This document shows positions 1 through 11,695 of a DNA stretch of 64,000 bases, in pieces. The notes beneath the pieces are model-generated. The model saw nothing but the letters and a program-made list of their open reading frames with translations. It was not told where the DNA came from and made no database searches. Position numbers and translations under genes: made by a program. This DNA is from Corallochytrium limacisporum Hawaii (lineage: Eukaryota; Protista; Pluriformea). The DNA is taken from NCBI GenBank assembly GCA_002811645.1, contig PDIP01000087.1, positions 1 to 64,000 of the forward strand, given 5' to 3'. Positions within the stretch are counted from its first letter, which is position 1. Each line of letters starts with the position of its first letter.

Positions 1-3000
1 GGGGGGGGGGGGGGGGGGGGGGGGAAGGGGAGGGGAGGAGGGGGAGAGGGGGTCCAACCCCCTCTCCCTCCACACCCAATAAGGAATAGATTCGCAATTT
101 CGTGGACTCCAACTTGATTTTCTCGCTTTCCCGAAAGGATCCGAGAATTTGGAATTATCCTTTATCACTTTTTTTTGATTCCCGTTATCACTCTGTTGTT
201 TCTCCTTGTGTCAAACCTGCACGGGACCACTCCTGCCCCCTCCCCCCAGAGCAGTTCCCAACCACGGACCTATTTTTTTCTTTCATCAGCAATATTCTAT
301 TATTTCAATACCGAAGAATTAGGGCTATTATTTTTTCCTCCCGGACGTTCCAAATCTATTGAGATGTCCCTCCATAGAATTGCTATGGGTGTACGTGTTT
401 TCCCTCTTCCCCTGGTCCCAGGATCCCCCGCACTGAGCACCCACGAAGGCGGTGTGCTTCAAAATTCCTTCAATCTAACGAGGTCCCCCTTGCATACTTC
501 ATACAAACAAGCCGGTCAGACTCTCACAATGGGAGCACAGAGCCTCATACATCAACAAAGAGTGGGAAATTCATGTTGCACCAAATTAGCGGGCCGCATC
601 AAACTGCTATGCATCCATGGTGCATCCCTAGCGGGAATCCAGGACAAACTTACAGACCGGCGCGGAGCTTTGAACCCTGTTGCCCATGGTTCACAGAGCA
701 AGATCTGTAAACACAAGCACACAAGAAGGGATGGGCATATGTGCCTCTGTGGGTCTGTCCGGGTGTGAGCGTTGTGTGTTGGGGAACTTTTTGGTTGCTC
801 CGTCTCCAGTGTACATATCCGTAGTGAACAGTCAGGGTAGGTAGTGGTTGTCCGTTTAGAGTATGTGGTTTCGATGCCACAGACGTGCATCGCACTTGGA
901 TGGCCCAAACGGGATCACTCGACAGTAACGGGACAAAGAAAGCCAAATGATGCGGACAATACACTATGCGCGTTTGGACGGAAAAACAGCGATTCCACAT
1001 GGTGTGAGTGGAGAAAATTAGGCAGTCCGTTAGATATATAACCGCCTATCTGAAGTTCTCGTGTGGGGGGGAGGGGGGGGGGAGGATTTTGCCCAGATGT
1101 TTCCAGGTTTTCACGAGCCACCTTACAACAGAGCAGCACAGAAGTGAAGCAATTCAGTTTATCCCCATACAAATAGGGATACACTGTGTTGCCGTGATCA
1201 CCTGGATGCGTGCGGACCCACTGCCATGTAACATATCTGTAAGGGCTAAACCCCGAAGCGAATTGCACTACCACAATAACCTCAATACGCTGTGCTTATT
1301 TAGACGCCGTGGTACGTATTTTGAGATCAACGTGGAAATGGGTGCTGTTCTACTCAGCGGCCACAATCCATTAGCGCAGAATGTATGCCTTAAATCACGC
1401 ATACGTGTGCATGATACCATTTGGTGTATTCCACGCCTCTATTCATCTTAGTCGTCCTCTGGGATCTGTGTGTGCCGTGCGACTCCAGGTCTGTGTGTTC
1501 ACGATTGTCTTTTCCCCCTTTCTCCAAGTTTCGTTGGCTTGCTCTCTTCCCAAGAACAGGGCAGCCACCAGCGAATAGTGAACAAAAAAAAAATTTGTCC
1601 AGGTTCTGGTGCCAGCGGAAGATCCTATTGATATACTCCATTGCCCTAAAATTAACCTATTAGTAAGAATCATCGTATTGGACATCGGGGCAATAGTGAT
1701 ATACTTGCATCTTCCAACAATGGCGGAAACAGCTCTGGGTAGGGGAGCTGTTACCCCTGAACCAGGCAGTGGAACTCCTCTCCTATTTCTAAATTGAAAC
1801 CTGGCATTGCTCTTGTTGCCTATGTTTCTTTGGAAAGCGGCAATTGCATCAGAGATGTGTCAAGAGTGCACCAGTCAGAGCCTGAGTCATGTAGAATAGC
1901 GGGCAATGGAAGTTGTACATCAGACGAGAGCTAGCATATCATAGCGAGATTATGAATTGCGAGCAGGCTTGTTATGCGTGAGCTTGTTACGGTACGGAGA
2001 GCGAAACCAATTACTAATCCCAACTAGGAGTAATAACTCAAGAACATATATAACTCAGCGGCGGCGGCGGCGGCATTTGTCGTGCCCACTGAACGGCAAG
2101 AGCCAGGCAGGACATCATAGACAACACCGCAAAAAATAGCTGCGGCCGGCAAGCTCAGCAGCAGTTGCCCGTCTATTCAGAGCGCGAACGGATGTTGGCG
2201 AAATCAAGTTGACTCACTGTGCGGAGGCTTTTCGTCGGATATGAAATCCGTTGCCTTGTTTCCAGAGGTGGCTCAATAGTCTGCCTGTTTTCCTCGAAAT
2301 CGACACTTTACGACAGACCGCGAGATACCGAAGCAACAGTATCGATTCTGCAGTGTGGAGCTTTGAGGAAACCTCGCCACTGTTGAACGAGGAAACCTGC
2401 GTCTGGTTGCACCTCTTTCAACAGCTTTCACGTGGATATGTAGGAAAAGACAGGTTCGCTCAGTAATACATTATTCACTTCATATCTGCGGAAAACGGGC
2501 TTGCAAAATACAAATATTACAATGATAAATTTTTATCAACCGCCAAATAACCAGAATTGTGCTAATATCCCTCAGGCATTTCCCATACTACCACTACCAA
2601 TATTTCCTAGATGACAGTAACACTTTTAACCCCCAAAGGTTTATATGGAAATTAAAAGCGCAGTGGCTGATAATCGGGCTGCAGCCTCCCGCAGTGCGCT
2701 GATATACCGCTCTTGTGATGAAGATAAAGAGGCCCCCGAGGAATAGTACCACTTCGGTATATCAAATGAATACCTCTCCAGAGCGAATCAAAACAAATGT
2801 GTCAGTTTGACGCACAAATTCTATTATTTTGCTTGGTTTGTGATCCGGTGTTTATGCGTGTGTATTGGACGTCATCATATTACCTACCGTGTCCATCCCC
2901 CTAGTATCAAAACCTTCGAACGCACCCCAGCGAGAATCTCGCTCTTTGCGTGAGCGCCCGTTTCTTTCTTTTTCACATCGGTGTCGTGGTGTCAAACACC

Positions 3001-5120
3001 GCCCCCCCCTTCCCCAACCCCCGGCGGGGCTCCCCCCGCGGTGTGGCGCGAGACAAGCAGCAAAGGAAGAAAAAGGAAAGAAAAGAAAAAGATGGAGAGG
3101 CGCGGTACTGTGGGGTTCTGTGTCGTATGGTCCACACAGATTTGGAACACAACGGCCAGGGAGATTAGTGTGTAGCTTAGCCATGGAATTGCTATTTATA
3201 TTCCTTGGACGCCTCAATCTCTCGCAGTACGTGAAAGTCACTGCTCTTGTACTTTAGCTCCTGCCGAATAAAGCAACTCTTCGCAAACCCCCGAACCCAC
3301 TCCCTTCCTCATTTCGATGTTCTTTACTTTCCTTTTTCTTTACATTTCGTGTGCTGTTGCGCAGTGACAGTCTGCATTGTATACGAGGGACACAGGCCAC
3401 TCGCACCATCATCGATCGAGAAAGGAAAGATTTTTCCCTCAAACTTGACGACACTTTCGTTGTCCTATTTCCTGCAACGCTTGCGTGAGTAGGTTTGCTC
3501 ACCAAGAGAATTGATAATATTGGAGAATATACCCAAGGAAAACGGACGGCGACGACGCAGGTTGCTTGCACATTGGGCACGGTGCCTAAAGGGTTTGGCA
3601 TTGTGCGGGAATGATGGGTGTGCGCGTATGATAATGAGGAAAACAGAGTTCTGTCAGTTTCTTTGAAGTTCTCGCTGCATGTCGTCCATTGACCTGGAGG
3701 GTTTGCAGTATGTATGTAGATCTGCCTGATACGTCGCAGCTTTCTCCACATATAACCGCCATTATACCCCAAAACTCATCTCTGGCATCACCATCGCGGT
3801 CGTTTGTGAAGTTTTTGCGCGTATTTTCTACATAGTTGCACGGTCCACATTCTCCCTCTGTGATCTTCCAGTTGGCTTTCGTTGGAAATTGGAAGTGTTT
3901 GCCTTTGCTCCTCCTCCTCCCTGCGGCCAACCATTGGCCCTCCACCAACTGATCCATGATTCATCAAGCACATCAAAATTTGAGATGCAACCCAATAAAA
4001 GACACAGCCATACCAGTGTGGATCCACAAGCTATGAGCTAGCGGTCAAAAAAATTGGGGCACCGTCCACAGTACTGTGGAGACCAGTCAACAGAATCGTG
4101 GTCGCAACGTAGAACTTGACTGGTCCTCACCGTTCAGTGGATGAGATTTAATAGAACCCAATAGGAGGAGCAGAGCCAAGATTAAGGGGTAGTCAACGAC
4201 AGTTGAACAAGTGGGATTTTGTTTGCACCACCACGGGGACGAAGGTGCTCTTCAATGTGGACAATCGTCAAACCAACGGCAACACCAATATAACGAAGAC
4301 ACTAGCGATCGAATGATATCGTAAACGAGAAAACTGTCGGCACCAGGCGTACGCATTGCTAAACTAAGCGAGCTCCGAGGAAACAGGAACAACCGAACGG
4401 AACAACAATGCGGGGGTGTATCTAATTTCTCTCACATCCTCTCCCATCGGGGCTAAGGTGTGGCGTGCCTTTGGTTCTATACTGATAATCGCAAAGAAAA
4501 AAACAGGAACATGGGGGAGGCGCTTAGCACACAGACGCACACTGACACTGACGGAGACGGTGGGCGGGAACTCCCTCAGCTGATTCAACGGAAGTGTGGA
4601 GGCTTAATTGTACCCTTCCTGCTATGGGAGCCCAGCATAGGTCCGTTGAGATAACGTATATAAGCTTTGTGTGAAATGAGCTTGTGCCATTGTGTATGGT
4701 AGAGCAAGACTGTGATGGGCGATGGATAGGGCATCATAACAAGCATCTGCGCACCATGCTAAAGCACGACACTTCTTAATCTGCTTGGTATGGCTACTGA
4801 CCGACTGGAAACAGGCGCATAAGCAGCAGCTTTGATTAGGATCGGATGCAAGATTCACACGTCGGCCGCCTACGGACAAACTCCTGTGTGAGCAACAATG
4901 GGAATTATCATGATCCTGCAATATATTTAAAATATATATGAAATATATAAATATATAACAATCATAAAATCAAATGTTCTCAAGGGCAATCTGGACCTTG
5001 GGGGGGGGGAACTCGTTTTTGCCTCTTAGGGTCTCGTCTCCCAGGCTGCCCGAAGGTGCTGTGCTCCAGAGAGGGAGTTCGGGGTCCCCGGTGCGGCAAC
5101 TTAATCCGAGCATTTACTAG

Positions 5121-6083
5121 GTCAGACGCAAGGCACTTCAGCTGCTCGGTATTCGCAAGAAACGAAAAAATAACGTTGTTAATGTTGCTACGGTGGTGCA
5201 AATGATTGTCAATTCGATTCTGTCCACGGCATCCAAAGCACCGCTCTGGCTACATCTACTCGAGTATCGAGTCTATGTTGCCGCGTGCATACACGCTACT
5301 GGGCATGAGCAAAGCATCTTGCGGCGCCTACTTATTGATCACTTAATCGGAGCTGAGCTGCTCTAGAACAGTCCTGGGACTTTGGCCTAACCGGCGCTGT
5401 CGAACGCCAGAAGGAGGCAGCATCAGTGCTGCGGGCCCTGGCTGGCATTGTTCGCCGGTGTTTCGACGGTCGTATGTTCCGCACTGACGATGAAGTCGAG
5501 AGTGAATGCGTTGTCTTCAACGCTAACATTGAAGCCACCAAGCCGTCGCTACTGTCGTTCTGGAAAACCTTCGCGTCACCACCCTCCGCGGACATTGCGC
5601 AGCATACATTGCTCACAACGACCACCACAGAACGGATCCGGTCCCTTGGTTTCTCTAAGGCTGTCGAGGACAGTCGGGAACGTAGGCAGACCGAAACCCA
5701 CGCTTTGGCCATGGTATACGAGTACATGGTTGAGCACACGCAACCAATTATTGGAGAAGTCGAGGCAGTCACGGACGAAGTGCGTATGGAACGCACAGCG
5801 GTGCCCCAGGAGGAGCGGTTGATACGGTTCCTGTTGCAGACATTGAGCCAGCGGGTGATCAATAAGCATGCCTTACTCAGAGAGAAAGGACTTGGGCCCG
5901 ATGCCGGTAAGCACGGCCAAGAAGAAGCCCACAACGCGGAGGAAGGGGGGCTGTGTTGTGGAAATCAATGAACAAGAGGTTCGTGGTGTTATCAAACGGC
6001 GAAGGCGTAGCATCCTCGATCCTTTCCGATCCACCTCTGTGAGAGCTAATCCATTCAAGGTGGAGATGTGGAAGATCGCGTAA
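5121..6083 (+). pseudogene. Possible degraded gene of unknown family in three overlapping reading frames
   Basis: Open segments at about 5121-5366 (..MIVNSILSTASKAPLWLHLLEYRVYVAAC..), 5357-5971 (..ALEQSWDFGLTGAVERQKEAASVLRALAGIVRRCFDG..) and 5868-6083 (..KKKPTTRRK..IKRRRRSILDPF..) have protein-like composition and overlap one another. No family recognised. Confidence 0.3.
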
Positions 6084-7703
6084 AGTCATCCATGGATGCG
6101 GAAAAGAGAGAACGACAAGGGCGGGATGGAACAAGTAGGACCAGAGCATATCATGTAAATGTAGCTCTCAAACCTGCCACTTTCTGCTTATAAATCAGTT
6201 AGCTATAGTTTCACCGTGCCCCCTTCCGAAGAACCACGAAATAACAAAACGAGAAGCCTACATTAACGTCCACTGTGATCGTCGTGTAATCGGTAGTAGG
6301 GGGCCGACAACGGGGGTGCACGCTGTACAGAGATGACGGCCCATTGATCTGAAAGCCAGGGCACCAAACGCCCGCTTACGCACCGGTGCGGGAGCCAATC
6401 ACCGCCCTCACCCCGGTTGGCGCAACTGAGTGGTGTTACCCGCACAGGGAAAATGGACTCCCTTTTCTTTCCTTTTCCGGCGAAGAAGGTTTGAAGGAGG
6501 ACGAGACTTGGCCCCCCCCCCCGGGGGCGGCTAGTTTTCCTCGGTGGTACGGTAGTACACCCTCGCTTCAGTGTCTCTCCCCGTTTTATTTTTGGGGGGT
6601 TTGGGGGGGGGGGAGGAGTGTTGGAGGAGGTTTTCCCTTTTGTTTTTTTTTTTGGTCTGTGTTTTTTCTTTTATTGGGGAATGAAACGAAGGGAAACGAA
6701 GAAGTCGATACTGGGAGAGAGGGGTCTCCTCCCCCCCCCCTCCCCTCGCTGACCACAGTACCACCACAAAGTGTAGGATTGGATGGGTATGGCGTCAAGC
6801 GTGAGGCGGTGCGCGTGTGTGTGTGCTACAAAGACGAAAACGACAAGGAAATTGGACCGTGGACAACCCAACGAAAAGAAACAAAAATAAAACGGGAGAT
6901 GCGCCATCGCGGGCCGGCATAACATAGCAGCAGCGGGGCACAGGGGCACAGCATCCGACACCACCACCAAAACCAACTTGCACACAACTAGACACACCGC
7001 TCGCAGCACACACGAGACGGCCTCCGTAGAACGGCCTCCGTAACAAGCAAGGACCAGAAAAAAGTTTGAGAAAAGGTGACCTCGTTCGGTGGTGGAAGGT
7101 GCAGCTACGCGTTGAAGAAAAAAATTCACCGCCCGCCTTCTCCTCATCCGCTGGAGGACGGGTGACTTTTTCATTTTGGGCACACGGAGCGCCAGGGGTG
7201 ACGTACCGCTCTGGCCCGCCGACAGGTGAGCGGAGAGGTGAGATGGTTCTGTATGGAGGAGCAGTGCAGTCTAAGGCCGGCACGAACCTGTTGTCGCATG
7301 TGAGTGTTCCATTTTCGCCATACTTTGGGTATTGGGGAAGGGTACCGGTGTTGGGAATGGAGTCTGGCCTTTTTGACCCGTGTTCTGAAAGCATTCCGGA
7401 CGCTGTCTGCGGGATCAGCGTGGTACAAACAGATGCCTAGCAAATGAATGACACAGGTCTGAACAACTTCAAAAGGAGTCCGGTACTTTAGTGTTTTCAA
7501 TAAAGTGTGTATATCTCCTTGTAAGTCTGTGCACAAAAGCATTTTTGGTGCACGCACGATTCAAGGCAGAAAAGATTTCGACTCATCAGAACCTCCCTCT
7601 GGACCAGAGCCCGAACAAACGTTTTCGGGGGCTTGAAGAAGAACAGAACAATCCCTCCATCGGTGGAACAGTAGCTAACGGAAGCAACAATACAAGAGAC
7701 ACC

Positions 7704-8897
7704 ATGACGTACGGACAGGTCGACATTGTTACTGCAGTCCGCACCCCAGTCGGTGCCTTCAACGGAGGCCTCTCCTCCTTCCCTGCCTCTGACCTCGGCT
7801 CTGCAGTGATCAAAGAGTGCCTGAAGAGAGGCAATGTCAACCCTGATGACGTCGATGAAGTGATCATGGGTCAGGTGCTGACGGCCAGCACTGGTCAGGG
7901 CCCTGCACGTCAGGCTTCTATCGGAGCTGGCATTCCTAAGGAAGTCCCGGCCTACTCAGTCAACATGCTCTGCGGATCAGGTCTTAAGGCCGTTGGTCTG
8001 GCCTACCAGTCCATTCGCGCCGGTGACAACACTGTAGTCGTTGCCGGTGGCCAGGAGTCTATGTCTCGGGCGCCGCACGCTGTCCACATGCGCGCAGGTA
8101 CCAAGTTCGGTCCGGCGACCATGGAGGACACAATGATCAAGGACGGTCTGACTGACGCCTTCTCCAACATTCACATGGGCATCACCGCTGAGAATGTGGC
8201 AAAGATGTATTCGGTCTCGCGCCAGGACCAGGACGAGTTTGCAGCTGAATCACAGCGCAAGGCCGCGGAGGCTACCAACGCCGGCAAGTTTGAAGCGGAG
8301 ATCCTGCCAATCTCTGTACCACAGCGCAAGGGTGATCCTATCATCGTGAACAAGGACGAGGGAATCCGCAGCAATACCACTGCCGATGGTCTGGCAAAGC
8401 TCCGTCCGGCGTTCTCTAAGGATGCCGAGGCCTCCGTCACGGCCGGCAACGCCTCCACTTTGAACGATGGAGCCGCCGCTATGCTGGTCATGGACCATAA
8501 TGAAACGCTCAAGCGTGGACTCAAGCCTATGGCTCGCATCGTGTCTTGGGGCCAAGCGGGTGTCGATCCGAAGATCATGGGTATGGGACCCTTGCCGGCC
8601 ATGGAGAAGGCCTTGAAGCGTGCTGGCTGGACTTACGCCGACCTCGACCTCGCTGAAGTGAACGAGGCATTCGCTTCGCAGTCCCTGGCCGTGCGTCGGG
8701 AGACCGACCTCAAACCCGAGGTGATCAACGTCAATGGCGGTGCCATTGCCATCGGCCACCCCATTGGCGCCTCCGGTGCTCGTATCCTCGTCACCCTGTT
8801 GCACGCTCTCCAGCAGTCGGGTAAGAAGCGTGGCATTGCCGCTCTGTGCATTGGCGGAGGTATGGGTGTGGCAATGTGCGTAGAAATGTGCGAATGA
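7704..8897 (+). CDS. Acetyl-CoA C-acetyltransferase (biosynthetic thiolase, ACAT2/PhaA-like), 397 aa
   Basis: ATG at 7704 (MTYGQVDIVTAVRTPVGAF). Thiolase motifs NMLCGSGL (catalytic Cys), NEAF, GHPIGASG and CIGGG. No obvious targeting peptide. Confidence 0.95.
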   Translation: MTYGQVDIVTAVRTPVGAFNGGLSSFPASDLGSAVIKECLKRGNVNPDDVDEVIMGQVLTASTGQGPARQASIGAGIPKEVPAYSVNMLCGSGLKAVGLAYQSIRAGDNTVVVAGGQESMSRAPHAVHMRAGTKFGPATMEDTMIKDGLTDAFSNIHMGITAENVAKMYSVSRQDQDEFAAESQRKAAEATNAGKFEAEILPISVPQRKGDPIIVNKDEGIRSNTTADGLAKLRPAFSKDAEASVTAGNASTLNDGAAAMLVMDHNETLKRGLKPMARIVSWGQAGVDPKIMGMGPLPAMEKALKRAGWTYADLDLAEVNEAFASQSLAVRRETDLKPEVINVNGGAIAIGHPIGASGARILVTLLHALQQSGKKRGIAALCIGGGMGVAMCVEMCE

Positions 8898-9946
8898 ATG
8901 ACCTAAGCTACCATTCGCACTGCCAGCCACGGCCATGCCAGCAGGTTGCGGGATGTGCGCGTCTTGCTGCTATCAAAAGCCCCTAGCCTCTGATTGGCAA
9001 GCAACCCACACACCCCATTGTCTATGTATAGGATGCCAAATATAAAGCCTTCCGGATATCTATAACTGTCTATCAACAGAGCTGTAGACGTAAAATTTAC
9101 AGAGCTCAGTATACACACTATTGGACACCCGCCAGTTTTCAGCCACATCCCGCCCTCTGACTATGCCAAACACGAGCTAGCAAAAAACCCCCGTCGGATC
9201 CCATAGCGAAGAAAGGACCAAACACACTTGGGAAAAGGGAGCAGAGAAACTGCCGTAGAAGTGAAACGGAAGGGAAGCACACAAAGGACCACTACTAATT
9301 TTATATACTGAATATTTTAGAATCTGTCTCCCTGGCCCACCCGTGTATTTATTAATAGAAATAACTGTTGTCTCTAAATAATATACTGACTTCTATATTA
9401 AGTGAGCTTACCCTGGGTAAACAACCGAAGGACCAGAGTGGGGAGGGGGGCCACACTCTCACACACACACGGGCCCCGTGGGGCCTCCCTTTTTGAATGG
9501 GTGCCGTTTCCTGACAAGCAATTCACTACCGTCACGGTCGCGGGTTGGCTGTTGGCACCAAGGAATCAGTGTGTTTGTTTTGTGGAGAGGCCTGTTATGT
9601 GGCCCCGTGGATGGGTCATGTCTTTTGCAATGCCCTCGATGTATATACCAGCACATTACACAGTCATATCAGTGCAATAATGCACAGCAATTCTATTGTA
9701 TGGTCGACTATTTGAGATTATGGTGTTTTTGCATCGCTCACAGTTGTTTGTATTTGCACATAAGGACATCATTTAATCGTACATAGGGCGATAGTCTTTC
9801 AAGCAAGTGGGTGTATTTCTGTTCACGGGAGCAAGCATCTAACCCGACAACATACTTCTCGGGTATTGTAAATTACACGGGAAGCACAAACACACGCATT
9901 AGTCTTCTTTCTAAACATTTCCTCTTAGATCCAAACATAAACGAAC

Positions 9947-10315
9947 ATGGCTGCTCGTATTCCTATTATTGAGAAGGCGGTCGATGCCGTCTTTGCGCTG
10001 CCCGGTATGCGCGGCGTCTATTCGGCTATGAGCAAGTGGGCTATTAATGCTTCGGGATACCGCAAGTACGGATTGACCATGGATGACATCCTCATGGAAG
10101 ATGACAACGTGCGGGAAGCTATTCGTCGTCTGCCCGCTAACGAGATCGACGAGCGCAATTTCCGTCACAAAATTGCCATTGATTGCTCCATGAAGCATCA
10201 GATCCTGCCCAAGGATCAGCAGACTACCGACGAGACTGACCGGCGGTATCTGAAGGACATTCTTGCTCAGGTTGAGAAGGAGTCCGACGAGCGGGACAGG
10301 TGGGACGTCCAGTAA
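9947..10315 (+). CDS. QCR7: Cytochrome b-c1 complex subunit 7 (UQCRB/QCR7)
   Basis: 122 aa; ASGYRKYGLTMDDIL..VREAIRRLP..ERNFR..HQILPKDQ..YL matches the QCR7 family pattern. Confidence 0.93.
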   Translation: MAARIPIIEKAVDAVFALPGMRGVYSAMSKWAINASGYRKYGLTMDDILMEDDNVREAIRRLPANEIDERNFRHKIAIDCSMKHQILPKDQQTTDETDRRYLKDILAQVEKESDERDRWDVQ

Positions 10316-11664
10316 AGAATGGGAGGAGCACCATGCCATTCTGGACCCTCTTCTCTACCTATCTCACACCATTTAGCATGATCTGACATATAATTTCTAT
10401 ATTTTGCATCAACAAGGTATCATGTACGAGTTGAAAGGAAGCAATCTTAGGGATTCGACCATCTGCTTTGATCAGCCGCAAGGATTCGTGGGTCTGATCT
10501 CTTGCTGTGCGTTTGACCAGCAATTGCATACTGCAAGTACTCGTATCAACATCTGAATGACGAAATTACAAATTTTTAAACAATCTTCATAACAGTTAAG
10601 CTATACCCTGGCGATTGGTTATGTCTTTCACTTCTGGATTTGGGTCACCTTGTGCCCTCGCTCCGCTGGACACATCTCCACACCCAAATCCGCTGCGTAC
10701 GAGCACTTCTCCTCCAATGCACGGAGCCGATGGAAGCAGCCGTTTTGGGCGGCAAGACCTGTGAAAGCGATCCAACATCACAACTGGAATAACCTCAGGC
10801 CAATCCCAGACGACACTTTCTACGCAATTCGTAAACGCCTACGATCCACACCCCTTTTCTCACACAGAACATCCACCACTCCACCATGTGTACAACACAC
10901 ATTAGTTCTAATGTTTAGGAGATGGCAAACAACAAGGATGGACTACACTGAGTCTTTACATGCAGCATGATCTTCTGCGACGGCCAACGCCCTTCTTCAC
11001 ACCGAGATTCATCCACCAATCATTGCAATGCGACGCCAGGCCCGCCTCTCTGGGGACTCACCGCCATTAGCTCTTCGCCACTTCCCCTTTCAGTCCATTA
11101 CGTACTGGGAGGCGCATTGACGAAAGAAATAGAATCCCGTTTGACTCACCCGTCTCACACTCGCGCTGCCTCTGCGTGTGTGTGTGTGTCTCTCTCTCTC
11201 TCTCTCGCTCTCCCTCACTTCTCCGTGTCTCCGGTCTCCCTGTGTACGGCGGCGGCGGTCTCGGGCTTTTCGTCGCGCTTTGCTTCACCCGTCTCGAACT
11301 CTGCGCGAGCAGTGTGTAGTAAGGGCAGGCGAAGGGGGAGGGGGGTGGGTCTGCTGGTGGCGCGACGGGTTCCACCCCTGACTTTTCCTAAAAAGAAGGA
11401 AAAGGCCAAGGTTGGTTCACTATGGCCAGCGCCGGACGTCGTGAACCCCTCCCTCCTTCCCCNNNNNNNNNNNNNNNNNNNNNNNNNNNNNNNNNNNNNN
11501 NNNNNNNNNNNNGGGGGTCCTTTTTCTTGGGCAGGACGGGTCTCCGTTACATTTTCTTTTTGATTGCTCTCCGTTATTTTTTTCCAATAATTTTGGGAGG
11601 AAGGGAGGGTTCTCTCTCCGAGCTTTTTTCTTTGCTTTGGCGGGAGTAATAAAAACCTACTCTC

Positions 11665-11695
<31 letters not shown>

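Noticed and set aside
100-4900. Short ORFs at the start of the window
   Set aside because: No recognisable motifs or codon bias; I could not support a gene or transposon call.
7491-7703. N-terminal extension of the thiolase in the ORF track
   Set aside because: It starts at a non-ATG codon, and homology begins at ATG 7704. The same applies to the extended starts at 14560, 17796, 23664, 25978 and 28828.
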